NCBI RefSeq assembly: GCF_025148635.1
Contig: NZ_CP102269.1
Location: 1,302,099 to 1,334,098 of the forward strand
From: Butyricimonas virosa
GTDB taxonomy: Bacteria > Bacteroidota > Bacteroidia > Bacteroidales > Marinifilaceae
Reading direction: 5' to 3'
DNA length: 32,000 bases
Shown here piece by piece: positions 27,056-32,000 of the stretch; the first letter of the stretch is position 1, and the number at the start of each line of letters is the position of its first letter. Both the position numbers and the translations under genes were made by a program. The notes under the pieces were generated by a model, which had not been told where the DNA came from, did no database searches, and worked only from the letters and a program-made list of their open reading frames with translations.

Positions 27056-27088
27056 AAAGCAGAAATTGCTGGAAACAATTTCTGCTTT
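27056..27088 (-). terminator. Strong hairpin between the anti-sigma gene and the SusC-like gene (aaagcagaaattg-ctggaaa-caatttctgcttt)
   Basis: Perfect 13-bp stem with a 7-nt loop, starting 8 nt after the FecR stop. U-rich sequence follows the GC core on the minus-strand transcript (cugcuuuuagu), and a T7 run flanks it on the plus strand. Confidence 0.6.
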
Positions 27089-27095
27089 CATTTTT

Positions 27096-28253
27096 TTAAT
27101 CCCGAACTAACACGACTCGCCCGTTCACGTCAAAATGCACGTCCCCAGCTTTTGCAATCACGTCCAACACCTCCTGCAAACGAGTCTGCCGTTTCATAAT
27201 ACCGAAAAATCGTTTTTGCTTTAACTCAGGATTCTGGTAAAAAATCTCCACATCAAACCAACGTGCTATCTTCCTTAATATTGTCTCAAGATTATCATTT
27301 TGAGAAACAAAAAGACCGTCTTTCCAAGCTACATAAGGAAAAACATCTACTGTAACAACTTCTGTTTTCCCCGTTTTTCGATTTAAAAGAAATTGTTCTC
27401 CCGGAACAATCTTTTGAAATCCAATAGCCTCCATCCCTTTCGCTAACACCCCGACAGAACCTTTTACCAAGGTTGTTTGTAATTCTTTTTCATCTTCATA
27501 TGCCATCACGTTAAACTCTGTCCCAAACACTTTCACCTCTTCCAAAGAGGTCTCCACGATAAAAGGACGCTCTCCTTTAGCCACCACGAAATAAGCTTCT
27601 CCGGCCAATTTCACTTTTCGTTCTCCAGGCGGAAACACCGTAGGATAATACAAACTAGAAGCCGAATTCAAATAAACCTTTGTCCCATCCGACAGGACAA
27701 TCATATATTCCCCAGAAGGAGGAACATCCAACTGATTATAAACCAATTCCCCGGTTGCAACAGAATCCCGGTCATACTCCAACACGCCAACACCAACACG
27801 CATAACCACGCAATCTTGACTGATCGTTTGTGCCACTAGAGTCGAATCCAACACAATTCGCTTTCCCTGCCCTAAACGAAGAGTCACACTTGCTTTTTCT
27901 TGTTCCGCTTCAACAACCACCGGGCAGGAAATATCATTTTTAGTCCAATACATCCAACCAATGGAAAACAAAATCAACACGGTAGCAGCAACACCACACA
28001 ATTTCCACCAATTAGAATGATATTTTACACGTCTTTTGAATTTTATCTCCATCAATCGACGCTCTACATCCACAACCGAACAATCACGAGCCATAATCTT
28101 TTCTTGCTGCACACAAAAACGTTTATAATACAATCGATGTTTTTCCGACTCGTTGTACCACGCATCAAACTTTTGCTGATCTACATCAGAAATCGGTTTA
28201 CCTACCGATTTTCTATAAAGAATAGATACAGATATCGACCTAGATTTCCACAT
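27096..28253 (-). CDS. FecR-family anti-sigma factor (transmembrane sensor)
   Basis: 385 aa. Cytoplasmic N-terminal segment (QQKFDAWYNESEKHRLYYKRF), a single TM helix (WWKLCGVAATVLILFSIGWMYW), and a periplasmic FecR domain plus C-terminal domain ending VLDVIAKAGDVHFDVNGRVVLV. It sits between the ECF sigma and the SusC transducer. Confidence 0.9.
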   Translation of the reverse strand: MWKSRSISVSILYRKSVGKPISDVDQQKFDAWYNESEKHRLYYKRFCVQQEKIMARDCSVVDVERRLMEIKFKRRVKYHSNWWKLCGVAATVLILFSIGWMYWTKNDISCPVVVEAEQEKASVTLRLGQGKRIVLDSTLVAQTISQDCVVMRVGVGVLEYDRDSVATGELVYNQLDVPPSGEYMIVLSDGTKVYLNSASSLYYPTVFPPGERKVKLAGEAYFVVAKGERPFIVETSLEEVKVFGTEFNVMAYEDEKELQTTLVKGSVGVLAKGMEAIGFQKIVPGEQFLLNRKTGKTEVVTVDVFPYVAWKDGLFVSQNDNLETILRKIARWFDVEIFYQNPELKQKRFFGIMKRQTRLQEVLDVIAKAGDVHFDVNGRVVLVRD

Positions 28254-28332
28254 TTTTCATAACTTTAGACCTATGACGTAAAAAAGCGAAAACAGGGTGA
28301 ATGAAAAAACAAGAAAAATAACGTTAATAAGA

Positions 28333-28878
28333 CTACAATAAATGCTTATTCTTTATTTCTAACAAGATTAAAGGTAAAAGTAAATTCAAATGTTGCATAT
28401 AAAGTCTCTCCCTCAGATCTTGATATGCCTTTTTCATATGTGTTTTAACCGTATTGATTGACAAACCTGTCACTTCTGCTATCGAAGGATAACTCATTCC
28501 ATCATAAACACTCATTTTCAGTATTTCCCGACGCTGTTCCGGCAACTTCTCTATCTCTTCTTCCACTTTCCGAATTAACTCCTCCTGTTCCAAAAGATTA
28601 AAATCCCCCACATAATAAACAGCATCAAATAATTTTATATCCAACGGATCTACAACTTTCAACTTTCGTAAATAATCCACACATCCGTTCTTTACACAAC
28701 TATACAAATAAGAACGGGAATATTCGACTTCATTAAAATCCGACCGTGACAAAAGAGACAAGAAGACATCCTGTACCATATCTTCTGCTGTTTCCAAATC
28801 TCCCACATAACTCTCAGCAAACAGTACCAAACGTTCGTAATACTGATTAAATAATACATCGAATTTCCCCTGTTCCAT
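28333..28878 (-). CDS. ECF-type RNA polymerase sigma-70 family factor
   Basis: Region 2 (FDVLFNQYYERLVLFAESYVGDLETAEDMVQDVFLSL) and region 4 HTH (MSYPSIAEVTGLSINTVKTHMKKAYQDLRERL). The ORF-track start at 28932 is TTG and would place a promoter box inside the ORF. The first ATG at 28878 (MEQGKFD...) is preferred. Confidence 0.9.
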   Translation of the reverse strand: MEQGKFDVLFNQYYERLVLFAESYVGDLETAEDMVQDVFLSLLSRSDFNEVEYSRSYLYSCVKNGCVDYLRKLKVVDPLDIKLFDAVYYVGDFNLLEQEELIRKVEEEIEKLPEQRREILKMSVYDGMSYPSIAEVTGLSINTVKTHMKKAYQDLRERLYMQHLNLLLPLILLEIKNKHLL

Positions 28879-28911
28879 CACATTATAGACATTTATTACT
28901 TCCGTTAATGA

Positions 28912-28919
28912 CAAAAATA
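28912..28919 (-). promoter_or_regulatory. -7 promoter box TATTTTTG (minus strand) with an upstream TTTG, driving the ECF sigma gene
   Basis: The reverse complement of caaaaata is TATTTTTG, 34 nt upstream of the ATG at 28878. A TTTG (complement of 28938-28941) lies 18 nt further upstream, close to the Bacteroides -33/-7 promoter architecture. Confidence 0.5.
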
Positions 28920-28999
28920 CACAAAAAAACAACGGTTCAAAAATATTTTAGAAGGAACACCATTTTTCATAACAATAAACACCAAGGAAATATCATTAA

Positions 29000-30364
29000 T
29001 CAGAACTGTTGTTCCTCCGTGGAATCAATCCCAATGGCTATTTCCTTGATAATCCCCTTTTCAATATAAATGGGGCGGGCATGTCTACGCACCAAGGGAC
29101 GATAATACTCGAAAACCAGCGCAGCCACAAAACAACAAATTCCGGATAATAGGATAATCTTTTGCAATCCAATCCATTTTTCAAGCGCCCCCAGTACCAT
29201 ACTTCCCACGGGAGCCATACCCGTGAAAGACATTGCCATATATCCCATCACCCGACCTCGTTTATCCTCGCCGGAAAGGGTCTGCAACAGCGTGTTGATG
29301 GAAGCCACGGCAGCGATAATCGTGAAACCCACCGGCAGACATAACACGGCTGCCACCCAAGGGATCGTGACAAACGACATCACCGATAACCCGATTCCCA
29401 GCAAAGCCCCGGAAAGCATCACCACTTTTCCCAAACCCAGTACACTTTTCCGGGCAGCCAAATACAAGGCCGCAATGAAGGAACCGACACCGATACATGA
29501 AAGTAGTAACCCTAGCATCTCGCTCTCCCCGTGCAGGATCGTTTTCACGTAAGCCGGGATAAACGTCATCAAGGGCAACCCGAAAAAACTGATCGCACTC
29601 ATTAAAAGCAACAACGTACGGATTGGAATATTTCCAGCCACATACCGGAAACCATCCCGCATATCTTCCCACACCTTTTGTTTCACGGCTCTCTCCCGTC
29701 TGGGTGCTATCCGCATCATCAACAAGGCAGTAATCACGGCAATATAGCTGATACCATTCAACAGGAAACAAATACCCTCTCCCAACAAACCGATCAACAC
29801 GCCACCCACTGCAGGACCGATCAAACGAGAACCGTTAATCACGGCAGAATTCAGTGCAATAGCGTTACTCAACTTATCCTTCGGAACCAAACTCGGGTAA
29901 AAAGATTGTCGAGTAGGATTATCCAAAGCATTAATCAAACCGATCAACAAACTCAGAATCATGATATGCCACACCTGTATCAACCCTGTCAACGTGAGCA
30001 AGGCCATCAACAACGCCTGTACCATAGACAGTGATTGTGTCAGTACCAACAATTTACACCGATTAAACCGATCAACAAAAACACTCATGTAAGGCGTTGC
30101 CACAAGAATCGGGATTTGCGCCATAAAAGTAACGGTTGCCAGTAGAAGGACCGATCCGGTCAACCGGAACACCAACCAGCTCATGGCAATCTGTTGCATC
30201 CACGTCCCGATCAGCGAAATACATTGTCCCCCGAAATAAAGACGGAAATTATAACTTTTCAAGGAAGCGAATACCTGCGTGAAAGCCCCTAAGTTATTCG
30301 GCAATAACTCCCGAAGCCCCCGCCAACCACCCAAAAACCTATACCCGCTCCTATTTTTATTCAT
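29000..30364 (-). CDS. MFS transporter (MFS_3/EntS-like efflux type)
   Basis: About 12 hydrophobic segments. FRLYFGGQCISLIGTWMQQIAMSWLVFRLTGS is typical of the EntS/macrolide-efflux-like MFS subfamily. The ORF-track start at 30376 is TTG. The first ATG is at 30364 (MNKNRSGYRF...). Confidence 0.85.
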   Translation of the reverse strand: MNKNRSGYRFLGGWRGLRELLPNNLGAFTQVFASLKSYNFRLYFGGQCISLIGTWMQQIAMSWLVFRLTGSVLLLATVTFMAQIPILVATPYMSVFVDRFNRCKLLVLTQSLSMVQALLMALLTLTGLIQVWHIMILSLLIGLINALDNPTRQSFYPSLVPKDKLSNAIALNSAVINGSRLIGPAVGGVLIGLLGEGICFLLNGISYIAVITALLMMRIAPRRERAVKQKVWEDMRDGFRYVAGNIPIRTLLLLMSAISFFGLPLMTFIPAYVKTILHGESEMLGLLLSCIGVGSFIAALYLAARKSVLGLGKVVMLSGALLGIGLSVMSFVTIPWVAAVLCLPVGFTIIAAVASINTLLQTLSGEDKRGRVMGYMAMSFTGMAPVGSMVLGALEKWIGLQKIILLSGICCFVAALVFEYYRPLVRRHARPIYIEKGIIKEIAIGIDSTEEQQF

Positions 30365-30482
30365 CTTATCAAACAAAATAACCTTATAAACTCATAACCT
30401 ACCCACCCGTAACCTGCAACGTGGCATAGCCACTTCCCCCACAAAAATACTTACATTTTGTATCATTTGAATCACCAGCGAA

Positions 30483-30500
30483 TAATTTTGCCTATTTTTG
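30483..30500 (+). promoter_or_regulatory. Two adjacent -7-type boxes TAATTTTG and TATTTTTG upstream of menF
   Basis: Both are exact TAnnTTTG matches (30483-30490 and 30493-30500), 22-32 nt upstream of the menF ATG. Confidence 0.45.
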
Positions 30501-30521
30501 CGATAAGAATACGGTTATGCC

Positions 30522-31664
30522 ATGATAGAACAAACAGAAAACAGACTCTCGGTTGCAGAAGCGCAGAATATCTGCCTACGGAATAACATCCCGTTTTACA
30601 CGTACCGTTTACCCGGTTCTCGTGAAGTTATTTTCGGGGCTCAACTCTCCAACGATACCCGAATATTCAAGGGATTCGAAAAACATCGAGGAGAAAAAGG
30701 TTTTGTTATCACACCCTTCAATCACTCCTCCTGGAGTTTCCCCTTCTTCATCAAGGCCGATCTTTCATTTACGGACTACCTAACTGACGGAGAGGCGATT
30801 CGGAATTTACAAAACACCGTTTTCAATACCCCGGAACGTATTTTCACCAAGCAGGATTGCGAGCATTTTGAGTACTTGGATGAACTGCGCACGATGATCG
30901 ACACGCTGAAACGGGAAGGGATGAAAAAAGCCGTTCTATCAAGAACCATCACGATTCCCTGCGATTCACTCCGGCTATCGCCAGCAATCTTCGAACAAAT
31001 GAAACAATACCACCACGCCTTCCTGTTCTTTGCCGCTATTCCGGGTAAATGCGCTTGGATGGGAGCCTCACCGGAAACTTTCCTCAAATACGACAGAAAC
31101 GGATTCTTCACCATGGCACTAGCAGGAACTCAACCCGTGGCAACAGCAAAAAATCCACCTGAATGGGGAGACAAGGACATCGAGGAACAACAAATCGTGA
31201 CCGACTACATTCAAGACACGTTAAGACATTTCTTTACCCGCCATCTCGAAATCGAGGGACCAATCACGTTACAGGCCGGGAATGTCTTTCACCTCTGTAC
31301 CTTTTTCAGAAGTGATGAACAACTCCCAGCCGACCAGATTGACGAACTGGTAGGACAACTTCACCCGACTCCAGCCGTCTGCGGTTTACCCAAAAAGAGA
31401 GCCATGCAAATCATCACGGAGATCGAGAAACGGGACCGGGGATATTATGCCGGATTCCTAGGACCATTGCAAGCCTCCGGGGCATTTGACCTGTTCGTTA
31501 ACCTACGTACCATGGAAGTATTCGATGATGCCCTACGGTTGTATGTCGGAGGTGGTATTACTCCTCTTTCCGACCCGGAAACCGAGTGGCAGGAAACTTG
31601 CCAGAAAGCCGATACTTTACTAAACCTCATACGTCAAATGAATTATGGAAAAATTACATTCTGA
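30522..31664 (+). CDS. menF: Isochorismate synthase (menaquinone-specific)
   Basis: 380 aa. Chorismate-binding enzyme C-terminal motifs LHPTPAVCGLP, RGYYAGFLGP and GGGITPLSDPETEWQET. It is followed by menD. Confidence 0.9.
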   Translation: MIEQTENRLSVAEAQNICLRNNIPFYTYRLPGSREVIFGAQLSNDTRIFKGFEKHRGEKGFVITPFNHSSWSFPFFIKADLSFTDYLTDGEAIRNLQNTVFNTPERIFTKQDCEHFEYLDELRTMIDTLKREGMKKAVLSRTITIPCDSLRLSPAIFEQMKQYHHAFLFFAAIPGKCAWMGASPETFLKYDRNGFFTMALAGTQPVATAKNPPEWGDKDIEEQQIVTDYIQDTLRHFFTRHLEIEGPITLQAGNVFHLCTFFRSDEQLPADQIDELVGQLHPTPAVCGLPKKRAMQIITEIEKRDRGYYAGFLGPLQASGAFDLFVNLRTMEVFDDALRLYVGGGITPLSDPETEWQETCQKADTLLNLIRQMNYGKITF

Positions 31665-32000
31665 TATTAAAAGTGTTCGAATTCTTATCTGTCTACTCGT
31701 CCAAAAAGGGATCAAGGAAATCGTTCTGTCACCCGGTTCCCGGAATGCACCTTTACTCGTGTCTGTTGCCCGGGAAAAAAGGTTGAAACATCATGTCATC
31801 GTGGATGAACGTTCGGCCGCTTTCTTCGCACTGGGAATAGCACAACAAACCGGACAAACGGTTGCCCTCATCTGTACGTCGGGAACCGCCTTATTGAATT
31901 ACTCCCCTGCCGTAGCGGAAGCCTATTACCAAGGCATTCCCCTTCTCGTGATCTCGGCAGACCGTCCCTCCGAATGGATAGATCAAGATGATAGCCAAAC
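31645..32000 (+). CDS. menD: 2-succinyl-5-enolpyruvyl-6-hydroxy-3-cyclohexene-1-carboxylate (SEPHCHC) synthase, N-terminal part, truncated by the right window edge
   Basis: Not in the ORF track because it is edge-truncated. Hand translation from the ATG at 31645: MEKLHSDIKSVRILICLLVQKGIKEIVLSPGSRNAPLLVSVAREKRLKHHVIVDERSAAFFALGIAQQTGQTVALICTSGTALLNYSPAVAEAYYQGIPLLVISADRPSEWIDQDDSQ. This is collinear with the MenD ThDP-enzyme N-terminus (APGSRS...DER...TSGTA...ADRP). It overlaps menF by 20 nt. Confidence 0.85.
   Translation, partial: MEKLHSDIKSVRILICLLVQKGIKEIVLSPGSRNAPLLVSVAREKRLKHHVIVDERSAAFFALGIAQQTGQTVALICTSGTALLNYSPAVAEAYYQGIPLLVISADRPSEWIDQDDSQ

Noticed and set aside
29162-30034. ORFs 29162-29344, 29223-29552, 29678-30034 (+) and 29262-29771 (-) within the MFS gene
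   Set aside because: These are alternative frames of a relatively GC-rich membrane-protein gene. Their compositions are Arg/Gly/His-rich and lack domain features. The 12-TM frame explains the region.
29000-31664. EntS-like MFS exporter divergent from an isochorismate synthase, as a possible catecholate siderophore locus
   Set aside because: The isochorismate synthase is followed, with an overlap, by menD. No entA/entB/entE-like or NRPS genes are present. This is the start of a menaquinone operon, and the MFS gene is probably unrelated.
31586-31786. 66-aa plus-strand ORF across the menF/menD junction
   Set aside because: It is out of frame with both menF and the clearly homologous menD reading frame, so it is a shadow ORF.

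Overview
The window looks like a chromosomal segment of a Bacteroidota (Bacteroidales-like) genome. It has a SusC/SusD pair, an ECF sigma/FecR pair, TAnnTTTG-type -7 promoter boxes upstream of many genes, meso-DAP dehydrogenase and methylmalonyl-CoA mutase. I can support 27 protein-coding genes. Two of them are truncated at the window edges and so are missing from the ORF track: a tricorn-type protease at 1-1720 (-) and menD at 31645-32000 (+). Most of the window is housekeeping: purN, acpP-fabF-rnc, efp, an rRNA-type methyltransferase, tsaB, tsaC, ddh, mutA-mutB, an LpxH-like phosphoesterase, a PatB/MalY C-S lyase, an Fe-S protein, a TRIC-type channel, an MFS transporter and menF-menD. Two stretches look accessory. 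One holds a membrane-anchored AraC-type regulator plus a solitary fimbrillin-like lipoprotein (7.9-10.3 kb). The other is an ECF-sigma/anti-sigma-controlled SusC/SusD locus (19.8-28.9 kb) whose only cargo is two uncharacterised lipoproteins and no enzyme. I saw no rRNA, tRNA, CRISPR array, transposase, integrase or recognisable defence or toxin system. The most interesting items are the enzyme-less SusCD/DUF4843-like/PKD-like cassette with its hairpin-separated regulatory module, and a family of 7-nt-phased AT-rich repeats that recurs in four co-directional gene junctions, including an exact shared 16-mer. All family assignments come from motif recognition by eye. No database search was run.
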